A DNA stretch of 64,000 nt from Patescibacteria group bacterium (lineage in GTDB: Bacteria; Patescibacteriota; Minisyncoccia; Moranbacterales; UBA1568), in the NCBI GenBank assembly GCA_038078615.1, contig JBBTWT010000007.1, positions 1,060 to 65,059 of the forward strand, written 5' to 3'. Both the position numbers and the translations under genes were made by a program. The notes under the pieces were generated by a model. It made no database searches, was not told the DNA's origin, and saw only the letters and a program-made list of their open reading frames with translations. Below, piece after piece: positions 7,341 to 19,369 of this stretch; within the stretch, counting starts at the first letter, position 1; every line of letters begins with the position of its first letter.

Positions 7341-7570
7341 TGAATTCTTACTCTAGAGCCTCTTATCCGGCTCTACATCCTTTGGTTGAGTCTTATTCTC
7401 TAATCCGAAGGGAAGAGATAAGATTTAATCCGTAAAAGGCGCCCACTTTTGGTACATTTCTTCGTTGCAAGCTCTGGTACTCGCCGCTGTTATGTGACAT
7501 ACAGCTTGCTCCGTTCCTCCCTTGCGCCTCGAACTGCACTCAAAAGCGAACGCCTTATACAATAACAGAT

Positions 7571-8776
7571 ATGTTCAGCAGAAATCCGAGGGGGAGAGCC
7601 CCTCATCGCGGCGGCTCCGTCAATCGTTTCGGCAGGCCGACATCCCGCAGCAGAAGCAGAAAACCCGCAGGCCGCACCTTCGACTTCACGCAGTTCGTGA
7701 AGAAAGCCATTCAGACGACCGAGACGGAAGTCTTCAATCCGACGCACCGCTTCGCCGATTTCGAGATGCACAGCAAGCTCAAGGCGAATGTCGCCGCCGT
7801 CGGTTACGTGCATCCGACGCCGATCCAGGACGGGACGATCCCGCACATCCTGAACGGCCGCGACGTCATCGGTGTCGCCAACACGGGCACCGGCAAGACC
7901 GCTGCGTTCCTCCTGCCGCTCATCCACAAGACGTTCAAACACCGAACCGAGAAGGTCCTGATCATCGTTCCGACGCGCGAATTGGCGCTGCAGATCGAGG
8001 ACGAGCTGCGCAAGTTCTCAGCGGGATCGGGGCTGAATTCGGCGCTCTGCATCGGCGGCGCGAATATGGGAAACCAGCTCCGGAGCCTCTCGCGCAATCC
8101 GAGCTTCGTCATCGGCACGCCGGGACGCCTGAAGGATCTCATCGAGCGCAAGAAGCTGCATATCGCGGAATTCAACAATATCGTGCTCGACGAGGTGGAT
8201 CGTATGCTCGATATGGGATTCATCAATGATATCAAATATCTCGTAGCGCTCCTGAAGACGCCCCGCCAATCGTTGTTTTTTTCGGCGACGATGCCGCGGG
8301 AGATAGCCGATCTGGCCCGGAAGTTTGCCAATGACCCGGTAACCATCACCATCAAGGCGCGCGCAACAGCCGAGAATGTCGACCAGGACATCGTGCGTGT
8401 CTTGCGGACGGAGGAAAAAATAGAGGTATTGCACAACATCCTGCTCAAGCCGGAAGTAAAGAAGGTCCTCATCTTCGGACGTACCAAGCATGGCGTGGAA
8501 AAACTGTCTCACCGCCTGATCGAACGCGGGTTCAAGGCCGACTCCATCCACGGCGACAAGTCGCAGTCCCAGCGCGCCCGCGCTCTGCGCCGCTTCAAGC
8601 AGGATGAGATATCCATCCTCGTCGCGACCGACGTGGCCGCGCGCGGACTCGATATCCCGGACGTCTCGCATGTCATCAACTACGAATTGCCGGAGAATTA
8701 CGAGGATTATATCCATCGTATCGGCCGTACAGGGCGTGCCTCCAAAAAGGGCAATGCGCTGACGTTCGTGGACTAA
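7571..8776 (+). CDS. DEAD-box ATP-dependent RNA helicase
   Basis: Q-motif region FADFEM..PTPIQ, ANTGTGKTAAF, PTRELA, DEVD (DEAD-box variant), SAT, HRIGRTGRA. Arg-rich N-terminal tail. Confidence 0.9.
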   Translation: MFSRNPRGRAPHRGGSVNRFGRPTSRSRSRKPAGRTFDFTQFVKKAIQTTETEVFNPTHRFADFEMHSKLKANVAAVGYVHPTPIQDGTIPHILNGRDVIGVANTGTGKTAAFLLPLIHKTFKHRTEKVLIIVPTRELALQIEDELRKFSAGSGLNSALCIGGANMGNQLRSLSRNPSFVIGTPGRLKDLIERKKLHIAEFNNIVLDEVDRMLDMGFINDIKYLVALLKTPRQSLFFSATMPREIADLARKFANDPVTITIKARATAENVDQDIVRVLRTEEKIEVLHNILLKPEVKKVLIFGRTKHGVEKLSHRLIERGFKADSIHGDKSQSQRARALRRFKQDEISILVATDVAARGLDIPDVSHVINYELPENYEDYIHRIGRTGRASKKGNALTFVD

Positions 8777-8848
8777 ACAGAGCCTTGATATTTTCGCAGT
8801 ATCACATAACTGACGGTCGTCATTTATGTGATACGTCCGCAGTAGCAG

Positions 8849-8878
8849 CAGTCTCACCGTGGCGGGACTGTTTTTTTT
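8849..8878 (+). terminator. Weak hairpin plus T8, possible terminator after the helicase
   Basis: CAGTC..GACTG is followed by TTTTTTTT (8871-8878). A 10-bp hairpin TATCACATAA..TTATGTGATA lies just upstream. Confidence 0.4.
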
Positions 8879-8913
8879 CAGCTATACTGTGAGAATCGTC
8901 AGTTGTACGTACT

Positions 8914-9624
8914 ATGAATTTTTTCATCGCTATCGAGCAGTTCGTCAGGACGTACGCTACGGAGGTTCCTCTCACGTGGTTCGTGTTCGTCGGCTCTTTT
9001 TTCGAGGAAGTCGTGAGCCCGATCCCATCCGCGCTCATCATGGGGACGGCCGGATCGCTCGCGCTGGTGCAGGGGAGCACGCTCTGGTATCTCGTCTGGC
9101 TGGCGCTCATCGGCAATGTCGGCAAGACGCTCGGCGCCTGGCTGTATTATCTGATCGGCGACAAGCTGGAGGATCTGCTCGTCAGGCCTTTGACAAAATA
9201 TTTCGGCGTGAAGCATGAGGAGATAGAGAACATCGGCAAGCGGTTTACGGGGCATCATCTCAAGGACGGCGGCGTCGTGTTCCTGCTGCGCGTGCTGCCG
9301 TTCGTTCCGGCACTGCCGGTATCCCTCGCCGCCGGCATCATCAAGATGGACGTGCGCGTGTATCTGCTCGCCACGTACGCGGGCAATTTTTTCAAAGACA
9401 TTTTCTATCTCTATGTCGGTTATGTCGGACTCGCCAAGCTGCATACCCTGTGGCGCGCGATAGAACCGGTGAAGTTCGGCGTCGATATACTGGTCGCCAT
9501 CGGCATCGTCATCTTCCTTGTTTTCCTGTATGTGCATCGGGGCACGGGCCAGCGTTTCCTGCGGTATTCCGACGGCCGCCTGCGCGCGGCGCTCGCACGC
9601 CTGTTTCGCAAGCGTGATTCGTAA
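8914..9624 (+). CDS. DedA / SNARE-associated family membrane protein
   Basis: FVGSFFEEVVSPIPSALIMGTAG motif and multiple TM segments. Confidence 0.8.
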   Translation: MNFFIAIEQFVRTYATEVPLTWFVFVGSFFEEVVSPIPSALIMGTAGSLALVQGSTLWYLVWLALIGNVGKTLGAWLYYLIGDKLEDLLVRPLTKYFGVKHEEIENIGKRFTGHHLKDGGVVFLLRVLPFVPALPVSLAAGIIKMDVRVYLLATYAGNFFKDIFYLYVGYVGLAKLHTLWRAIEPVKFGVDILVAIGIVIFLVFLYVHRGTGQRFLRYSDGRLRAALARLFRKRDS

Positions 9625-9642
9625 CGCATATTCTGTATTCTT

Positions 9643-11697
9643 ATGCCGGTATTCCGTCTCCAATCACCCTATCAGCCGGCTGGCGATCAGCCTCAGGCGA
9701 TCGTGTCTCTGGTGCGCGGATTGCGCGAGGGCAAGCGTTCCCAGACATTGCTCGGCGTGACCGGATCCGGCAAGACCTTCACGATGGCCAATGTCATCGC
9801 GCAGATGGATAAGCCGGCGCTCGTCATCGCGCACAACAAGACGCTCGCGGCGCAGCTCGCGCAGGAATATCAGGAATTTTTTCCCGATCACGCCGTGCAT
9901 TATTTCGTCTCGTATTACGACTACTATCAGCCGGAAGCCTATATGCCGACGACGGATACGTATATCGAGAAAGACGCGCAGATCAATGCGGAGATCGATC
10001 GTCTGCGGCACGCCTCCACGCAGTCGCTCCTGACGCGCCGCGACGTGATCATCGTCGCTTCCGTCTCGTGCATCTACGGGTTGGGCAGTCCTGCGGAATA
10101 TGAGAAGGAGAATATGCGTCTCGAGACCGGTATGCCGTGCTCGCGGACGGAGCTCCTCCACCGGCTCGTATCCATCTTCTTCGAGCGTACCAATGCCGAT
10201 CTGTCTCCCGGGCAATTCCGGAGCATCGGCAACCGCATCGAGATCATGCCGATCTCGGAGAAATTCATCTACCTGCTGGAAATTATCGGCGGCCGACTGG
10301 GGAGCATCACGAAGATCGATCCGGTATCGCAGAAGATCCTCGATACTCCGACGACTATCTTTCTTTTTCCGACGAAGCACTTCATCACGGACAAGGATCA
10401 GAAAGATTTCGCGATACAGTCCATCCGTCTCGAGCTCGCAGCACGATTGCAGGAGCTCGAGGCCGAGGGGAAAATTCTCGAGGTGGAGCGGCTCAAGCGG
10501 CGCACGAATTATGACCTGGCGATGATGCAGGAGATCGGCTATTGCAGCGGCATCGAGAACTATTCACGCCATCTGTCCGGCAAGGAGCCTGGCGAGCCGC
10601 CGGAGACGCTGCTCTCATATTTCCCCCGCCGTCGTAAAAGCTCTGGCGGGCAGGCGCACACTGATGTTTGGGAGCCTGATTTTCTAACAATTATAGATGA
10701 GTCGCACGTGACTTTGCCGCAGCTCCGCGGGATGTACGCCGGCGATCAGGCGCGCAAGAAAACGCTCGTCGAGTACGGCTTCCGCCTGCCCTCCGCGCTC
10801 GATAACCGGCCGCTCCGCTCCGAGGAATTCATGGAGCGGGTAGGACAGATGGTGTTCACGTCCGCGACGCCGGCGGACTATGAACGCGAGACAAGCGGGC
10901 AGATCGTGGAACAGGTGATCCGTCCGACCGGTCTCATCGACCCGGAAGTGGCGGTGCTGCCGATTCATGAGACAAAAGAGTATCCTGGACAAATTCAGGA
11001 TTTTATCGCGCAGACTGAAGAAGAGGTGAAAAAAGGCGGGCGCGTGATCGCGACGACCTTGACAAAAAAGATGGCGGAGGACTTGAGTACGTATCTGAAA
11101 GAAAAGAACATCAAGTCCGAATACCTGCACAGCGATATCAAGACCATCGATCGCATCAAGATCCTGACCCGGTTCCGCAAGGGAGAGTTCGATTGTCTGG
11201 TGGGAGTGAATCTGCTCCGTGAGGGACTCGATCTTCCCGAGGTATCGTTCATCGGCATTCTCGATGCGGACAAGGAGGGATTTCTCCGATCGGAGACTTC
11301 TCTCATCCAGATCATCGGCCGGGCAGCGCGCAATGTGTCCGGCCGCGTCGTCTTGTATGCCGAACGCATTACCGGATCAATGGAGTATGCTCTCAGCGAG
11401 ACGAATCGGCGCAGGAAGCTCCAGATGGCGCACAATAAGCTGCACGGCATCACGCCGGCTACGATCAAGAAGACGATCCACGACATCACGGAAGCCTTGG
11501 AAAGCGAGCATGACAAGGCGGTGCGCGCCAACATCGGCCTGGACCGGGAGATATTCGCCAAGAACCCCGAGAAGCTCATCAGGCTGAAGGAAAAAGAGAT
11601 GCGGGAAGCGGTGAAGGCGCTGGACTTTGAAACGGCGGCGATCCTCCGCGACGAACTCGCCATACTGAGGGGAAAAACGGACAAGATGTTGGGATGA
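9643..11697 (+). CDS. uvrB: Excinuclease ABC subunit B
   Basis: GVTGSGKTFTMA, DESHVTLPQ, YGFRLPSALDNRPL, LREGLDLPEVS and the C-terminal UVR motif. Carries a 16-aa insertion at 10627-10674. Confidence 0.95.
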   Translation: MPVFRLQSPYQPAGDQPQAIVSLVRGLREGKRSQTLLGVTGSGKTFTMANVIAQMDKPALVIAHNKTLAAQLAQEYQEFFPDHAVHYFVSYYDYYQPEAYMPTTDTYIEKDAQINAEIDRLRHASTQSLLTRRDVIIVASVSCIYGLGSPAEYEKENMRLETGMPCSRTELLHRLVSIFFERTNADLSPGQFRSIGNRIEIMPISEKFIYLLEIIGGRLGSITKIDPVSQKILDTPTTIFLFPTKHFITDKDQKDFAIQSIRLELAARLQELEAEGKILEVERLKRRTNYDLAMMQEIGYCSGIENYSRHLSGKEPGEPPETLLSYFPRRRKSSGGQAHTDVWEPDFLTIIDESHVTLPQLRGMYAGDQARKKTLVEYGFRLPSALDNRPLRSEEFMERVGQMVFTSATPADYERETSGQIVEQVIRPTGLIDPEVAVLPIHETKEYPGQIQDFIAQTEEEVKKGGRVIATTLTKKMAEDLSTYLKEKNIKSEYLHSDIKTIDRIKILTRFRKGEFDCLVGVNLLREGLDLPEVSFIGILDADKEGFLRSETSLIQIIGRAARNVSGRVVLYAERITGSMEYALSETNRRRKLQMAHNKLHGITPATIKKTIHDITEALESEHDKAVRANIGLDREIFAKNPEKLIRLKEKEMREAVKALDFETAAILRDELAILRGKTDKMLG

Positions 11698-11791
11698 CGT
11701 TGTCAGGGGGGATTGGTATGGACAAAATTATGAGTCTGTGTTAGGGTGTGAGGTCGCAACCGCGACATGTAACTTAACAGAGGAGCTTACA

Positions 11792-13672
11792 ATGATCGAA
11801 ACACTGTTCGGTTTTGGGGCGGCACTTGTGCCGTTCTGGTGGGTTGTGCTCGTTATCACGGCTCTTGTCTACTACAAGTCCGTGCTGCGGTTCTTCGGGA
11901 TCATCCTGATTCCTGAAGACGCGGTGGGTATCGTCAACAAGAAGTTCGCACTGCTGGGTAAAAACAAGACATTGCCCGATGGCCGCATTGTCGCCCTTCT
12001 GGGTGAGGCGGGCTATCAGGCGGACGCGCTTGCTCCGGGGGCACACTTCTGGTACTGGCCGTGGCAGTACGCCATTGAAATCACGAAGTTCGTGACTGTT
12101 CCACAGGGGAAGGTGGGTATTGTCGAAGCCAAAGATGGCGCCCCCATCCCGGTCGGCCGTGTGCTCGGTCAGGCAGTCGGATGTGATTCATTTCAGGATA
12201 CCCGGCAGTTTCTCGAGTCGGGTGGGCAGCGTGGTCCGCAGATGGCCATCGTGCCGCCCGGTGTGTTTCGTATCAACGCGGCGCTATTCAGTATTACTCT
12301 TACTAGCGCTGTGCAGATCAAGCAGGACCAGGTGGGCATCGTGACAACCAACGAAGGTACGCCGCTGGATAGCGGCGAGATCGCCGGTCCGGAAATCGCC
12401 GGGCACAATATGTACCAGAACGGGCAGGTGTTCGTCGACAATGGGGGCCGGAAGGGTCTCCAGGAGCAGGTGATGCTCGCCGGCACCTACTATATCAATC
12501 CGCTGTTCATTTCCGTGGCTACCGTCCCGATGACGGAGGTGTCTATCGGTTATGTCGGTGTTGTCGTGGCCTATGTCGGCAAGAAGGGCACCGACATCAG
12601 CGGCGAGGGGTTCAGGCACGGCAACATGGTGCAGCGCGGTGAGAAGGGCGTGTGGGCCGATGTGCTCGATCCGGGCAAATACCCTATCAACCCGCATACC
12701 CACAAGGTGGAGCTCGTCCCGACAACCAACATCGTGCTCAACTGGGCGACGGCCAAAACCGAATCCCACGCGCTCGATGCCAATCTGTCGACCATCACGG
12801 TGCGATCGTCCGATGGCTTCACGTTCAACCTCGACGTGTCGCAGATCATCCACGTGTCGCGTACCAACGCTCCGAAGGTGATCGCCCGCTTCGGCAATAT
12901 GAGCAACCTGGTCACTCAGGTGCTCGAGCCGCTCATCGGCAACTACTTCCGCAACAGTGCGCAGAAGTCGGACGTCATCGACTTTCTGCTGAAGCGTTCT
13001 GAGCGGCAGGCGGAAGCCAAGGGACACATTGAACACGCGCTCAGCGAATACGATGTGCAAGCGGTGGATTCACTCATCGGCGACATCGTGCCTCCGCTCG
13101 AGCTGATGAAGACGCTGACCGATCGGAAAGTGGCCCAGCAACAGCAGATCACCTACGATACGCAGCGGCAGGCGGAGGCCGGACGTCAGCTGCTCGAAGA
13201 GCAGACGGCGCTGGCTGATACCCGCAAGGAAGTCGTCGCGGCCGAACGTCGTGTGACCGTCGCCGGACAGGACGCAAAAGCAGCGGTCAATAAGGCGACA
13301 GGCGAAGCCGAAGCGAAGACGATCAACGCGAAGGCTGACGCCGAGGTGATCATAACCGTCGGTAACGCCAAGGCAACGCAAACCAACGCGGTTGGCGGAG
13401 CGGAAGCCGACGTGCTCAAGCGGAAAGCCGAGTACGTCGGTCCGGCAGCGTACGCCCTGATGGAAATCGCCAAGGATTTGGCGGCCAGCAAGGTCAAACT
13501 GGTGCCGGAGATCGTGGTTTCCGGAAGCGGCGGAGACAACAAGGGCGGAGGGATCGTTGATGCGCTCCTCGGTGTTTCTTTGCAACGTCTCACCGAGCAG
13601 GCCGTTACCGCGCATCCTCATGAGAAGGCGCCGGTCTCAACTGAGAAGTCCGCCGCAAGCAAGATCGGATAG
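11792..13672 (+). CDS. SPFH / flotillin-like membrane protein
   Basis: N-terminal TM, band-7-like core and a long Ala/Glu/Lys coiled-coil tail. GAGGAG precedes ATG 11792. Confidence 0.75.
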   Translation: MIETLFGFGAALVPFWWVVLVITALVYYKSVLRFFGIILIPEDAVGIVNKKFALLGKNKTLPDGRIVALLGEAGYQADALAPGAHFWYWPWQYAIEITKFVTVPQGKVGIVEAKDGAPIPVGRVLGQAVGCDSFQDTRQFLESGGQRGPQMAIVPPGVFRINAALFSITLTSAVQIKQDQVGIVTTNEGTPLDSGEIAGPEIAGHNMYQNGQVFVDNGGRKGLQEQVMLAGTYYINPLFISVATVPMTEVSIGYVGVVVAYVGKKGTDISGEGFRHGNMVQRGEKGVWADVLDPGKYPINPHTHKVELVPTTNIVLNWATAKTESHALDANLSTITVRSSDGFTFNLDVSQIIHVSRTNAPKVIARFGNMSNLVTQVLEPLIGNYFRNSAQKSDVIDFLLKRSERQAEAKGHIEHALSEYDVQAVDSLIGDIVPPLELMKTLTDRKVAQQQQITYDTQRQAEAGRQLLEEQTALADTRKEVVAAERRVTVAGQDAKAAVNKATGEAEAKTINAKADAEVIITVGNAKATQTNAVGGAEADVLKRKAEYVGPAAYALMEIAKDLAASKVKLVPEIVVSGSGGDNKGGGIVDALLGVSLQRLTEQAVTAHPHEKAPVSTEKSAASKIG

Positions 13673-13721
13673 AGTCAGATCAGCAGTTCCAAGGTCGTTC
13701 TTTGTAGCCAATGCTACACAC

Positions 13722-13755
13722 CCGCCACTTCCGAAAGATTGTGGCGGTTTTTCTT
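13722..13755 (+). terminator. Intrinsic terminator after the SPFH gene
   Basis: CCGCCAC-12 nt-GTGGCGG followed by TTTTTCTTTG. Confidence 0.7.
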
Positions 13756-13840
13756 TGTTTCATTGTATTGGAAACATTTTTTTACAGACACCGCCCCATT
13801 TTGAAGAGAATAGGGATGGGTGCCAATGATGCGTGACATT

Positions 13841-13867
13841 TTGCAACATCTGAAAAAATGGTATACT
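13841..13867 (+). promoter_or_regulatory. Promoter with extended -10
   Basis: TTGCAA (13841-13846) and TGgTATACT (13859-13867). Confidence 0.5.
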
Positions 13868-13929
13868 GAAAAGACAATAGGGAAAAGCTTGGTCGGTTTT
13901 TTGCAGGAATTTTTAATATATAGACACAT

Positions 13930-14241
13930 ATGATGCAGAAACAGATCATAGGGCTTGCCGCCTCCGTGCTCGTGCTCGGCCTCGTGCTCGCGTTCGTGTA
14001 CCGGCAGTTTGCGGTACCGGTTCCGGATGCCAAGGAGCAGATGAAGACAACCGCCTTGCAGCCGGAGAAGAAGGCGCCGGAGCCCGCGACTATCGACGAT
14101 ATCTCGCAGAGTATCCAGGACGAGACGAATCTGGATCTCTCCGCCCTCGACGATGAGGCGAACGGCGAGATTTCGGGCATCGAAGCCGACAGCGACAGCG
14201 TAAATAATTTAGGAACATCTTATGATGAAAACAGCCTGTAA
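13930..14241 (+). CDS. Small membrane-anchored acidic protein (hypothetical)
   Basis: TM segment IIGLAASVLVLGLVLAFVY followed by an acidic low-complexity tail. Confidence 0.5.
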   Translation: MMQKQIIGLAASVLVLGLVLAFVYRQFAVPVPDAKEQMKTTALQPEKKAPEPATIDDISQSIQDETNLDLSALDDEANGEISGIEADSDSVNNLGTSYDENSL

Positions 14242-15073
14242 GAGATATTCTTTCGCCGGATTTTCGATGCTTTCCATCGCGGCCGTGGTGATGCCGCTGT
14301 CCGTGTCGGCCGCCACGTTCGAGGAACGCCAGGCGGAGCGCGAGGAGAATCGCCAGGAACGGGCGGCGGAGATGAAGGCAAATCGCGAGGAGAGGGTCGC
14401 GGAGCGGCAGGAGAATCGCCAGGAGGCGTTCTGCAATCGGTTCACGGAGAATGCGGAAAAGATAGCAAGCAATCTCGCCGAGCGCCGCGGGAAATTCGAA
14501 GACCGCAGGGAAAACCGCGCGAATACGCTCGAGACGCGCCGCGACGGACGCGAGGCGAAACTGGATGGCAACCGGACAGAGGCCGATGAGCGCCGCAGCG
14601 CGATGTACGCCAGACTCGAGGCGCGCGCCACTACCGATGCACAGAAGGCGGCCGTAGCGGAATTCAAGAAAACCGTGGAAGAAGCCGTCGATACGCGCCG
14701 TGACGCGGTCGATGCCGCCATCGCCGAATTCCGCAAGGGCGTGGATGCGGCGATCGCCGGACGCAAGGATGATATGGAAAGCGCGGTGTCGCAATTCCAG
14801 AGCGAGGTCGTTGCGGCTCTCGGCAAGGCGAAATCGGATTGCGCGGATGGTGCCAACCCCGAGACGGTGAAAACCAACTTCAGAAACAGTCTCGCAGCCG
14901 CGCGCACCGCCTTGCAGAACGATCGCAAGGACGCGGACAAAGTCGGAGAACAGGTGAAGAAGCTCGCGGAAACCCGCCGCATTGCCGTGAGGAAAGCGCT
15001 GGATGACTTCAGATCGGCCGTAGAAGCCGCGCGGGTGGAATTGAAAAAAGCCTTCGGCGAAGCCTCGCCATAG
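14222..15073 (+). CDS. Secreted helical-repeat (apolipoprotein-like, Arg/Glu-rich) protein
   Basis: Signal peptide ...PLSVSAATF followed by repeated E/R/A-rich heptad-like segments. Confidence 0.6.
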   Translation: MMKTACKRYSFAGFSMLSIAAVVMPLSVSAATFEERQAEREENRQERAAEMKANREERVAERQENRQEAFCNRFTENAEKIASNLAERRGKFEDRRENRANTLETRRDGREAKLDGNRTEADERRSAMYARLEARATTDAQKAAVAEFKKTVEEAVDTRRDAVDAAIAEFRKGVDAAIAGRKDDMESAVSQFQSEVVAALGKAKSDCADGANPETVKTNFRNSLAAARTALQNDRKDADKVGEQVKKLAETRRIAVRKALDDFRSAVEAARVELKKAFGEASP

Positions 15074-15122
15074 GCGGGTAAGCCGATACGGTGGTGCCGT
15101 AATATTTTCCGAGACAGCGAAA

Positions 15123-15158
15123 GACCCTCGATCCGTGTTGCGGAAAGAGGGCCTTTTG
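15123..15158. terminator. Bidirectional terminator between convergent genes
   Basis: CCCTC..GAGGG hairpin with GAAAG upstream and CCTTTTGG downstream. Lies between 14222-15073 (+) and 15173-15790 (-). Confidence 0.45.
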
Positions 15159-15172
15159 GTTTCGTTCGTAAT

Positions 15173-15790
15173 TTAGTGTACCCGAGCCTCCGCTGCGGGT
15201 GTCCACTTTCCCAGGGAGTATAGTGGTACCCAGGAATTTTTCCAGAGGAACAGCTGCTTCTCTGGAATGGCGACGATCCGTGCTAATCCGCCGACCCAAT
15301 CCGGCTTGGTGAAGAAGTTGCCGTCGAGAGCAACCTCTTTGAAACGGTTGTAGGCATCATACTCGTTGATGCCTGAGAAAGCACCGCTTAGCCCGTAGTG
15401 TCTCAGTAGACCAGATGTGTCATGTTTCAACCCGACGCAGTTGATGGCATAAAAACTGAGCGGGTGGTCACCTGAGGGAGGCATATTTTTGAGGTATGCT
15501 TCCAGGTCATCGGAGATGTTGCTGACCACCACCCTGTGACTGTTCCAGCCGTGACTGCTCGGGCACTGTTTTGCGAGGAGGAACTCGGCTTTTTCGCAGG
15601 CACAGATCTCATCTTTGGCAATGATGACCTGCGGGTCGAACAGCAATTCAGGCTGTAAGACAACATCTGGCATCGCGCGCTGTGTTTGGAAGTCATGGAT
15701 TAATACCCCCCGATGTCTGGGGATTCCGAGATTGTCCAGTGGTTCCTCGCAGTTTGCGGACAACAGAGCAGAGAAGATGATTTCCGACAT
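15173..15790 (-). CDS. Hypothetical protein (orphan, minus strand)
   Basis: 205-aa ORF. GGAGGG lies 6 nt upstream of the ATG on the minus strand. TTGCCT-18 nt-TAGTAT promoter at about 15848-15878 (minus). No recognisable motif. Confidence 0.6.
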   Translation of the reverse strand: MSEIIFSALLSANCEEPLDNLGIPRHRGVLIHDFQTQRAMPDVVLQPELLFDPQVIIAKDEICACEKAEFLLAKQCPSSHGWNSHRVVVSNISDDLEAYLKNMPPSGDHPLSFYAINCVGLKHDTSGLLRHYGLSGAFSGINEYDAYNRFKEVALDGNFFTKPDWVGGLARIVAIPEKQLFLWKNSWVPLYSLGKWTPAAEARVH

Positions 15791-15947
15791 GGCGTTCCCT
15801 CCGTTGTTAACGAGCTGGTTGAGCTTGGTGTCGGCACCATACTATCAGGATTTTCAGACAAAAGGCAAGTCTCATGATGCGCGGTTTGCCTCGGCCGGTT
15901 TTTTTTGAGAGAATGGGCACGCAGCTCATTTCCGATATTCATTCACG

Positions 15948-16646
15948 ATGACAGAGAACATCCGTGAGCGTTTTATAGTTACCGCAGACGATTACGGCAT
16001 CCGCCAGACAGCGGAGCCGATTTTGCGCTTGGCGCACGAGGGGAAGATCGATCGCGTGGCGGTGCTGATCCACTATGTCTCCGCCGAGCAGGCGGAAGCG
16101 CTCAAGGCGACGGGAGTGAAGATCGACCTGCATCTGGAACTGATCGGGCTTCTGAAAAGCGGGGAGAAGATGCATGAGAGCGTTCTCGTGCGGAGCGTCA
16201 ATTTCATATTCCGCCGTATCGCCGGGCTGGCGACCGCGAAGAAAGTCGAGCAGGAATGGAGAGACCAGATCGTGCGCTTCCGCGATATCTTCGGCCGTCT
16301 GCCCGACGGGCTCAATTCCCATGAACATCTGCACTGTTTCCCGCCGTTTTTCAGGGTGTTCACGAAACTGGCGGAAGAATACCGCATATCGTATATCCGT
16401 TTCGGGAAGAAAGGCATGCTCACCGGCCTGCATGGGGCGTTCATCGGCGAGATTCTCGCTTTCTTCTGGAAGCGGACGCATCCCGCCTATGTCAAGACGG
16501 CGCTCGCGACATCCGATTATCTCGTGAGCCTGGATTGGCTCGCGGATTTCAAGTCTTTCAGCGAACGGCTGCCCTCCGGCAGTATCGAGCTGGTCGTGCA
16601 TCTGGAGCGCGAGGAGGATTATCGGATCATACTCGAGTATTTCTGA
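15948..16646 (+). CDS. ChbG/HpnK (YdjC-like) carbohydrate deacetylase family protein
   Basis: [15 protein letters not shown] and LNSHEHLH match the YdjC-family metal-site pattern. Confidence 0.7.
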   Translation: MTENIRERFIVTADDYGIRQTAEPILRLAHEGKIDRVAVLIHYVSAEQAEALKATGVKIDLHLELIGLLKSGEKMHESVLVRSVNFIFRRIAGLATAKKVEQEWRDQIVRFRDIFGRLPDGLNSHEHLHCFPPFFRVFTKLAEEYRISYIRFGKKGMLTGLHGAFIGEILAFFWKRTHPAYVKTALATSDYLVSLDWLADFKSFSERLPSGSIELVVHLEREEDYRIILEYF

Positions 16647-16667
16647 CGGATCTCCCGTTTTTTTGTC

Positions 16668-16696
16668 TTGATATGCCTGCCTTTCGATGGTATACT
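16668..16696 (+). promoter_or_regulatory. Promoter for the first uvrA paralog
   Basis: TTGATA (16668-16673), 17-nt spacer, TGgTATACT (16688-16696). Confidence 0.55.
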
Positions 16697-16717
16697 GCCT
16701 TTCCTATATTTTCGCAT

Positions 16718-19318
<2,601 letters not shown>

Positions 19319-19369
19319 GAGTGGTGGTATACTGCAAGCGAGACATCTCTTACTTTTTAATATGCATAT

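Noticed and set aside
16535-16717. Longest-ORF N-terminal extensions from the ORF track: uvrA from 16535, and similarly 25099, 26135, 31936, 32475, 36301, 37121, 43926, 50111, 56085, 11738, 5481 and 2985
   Set aside because: The extensions overlap upstream genes, promoters or repeat elements, and they lack homology-like sequence. Internal ATGs give N-termini typical of each family.
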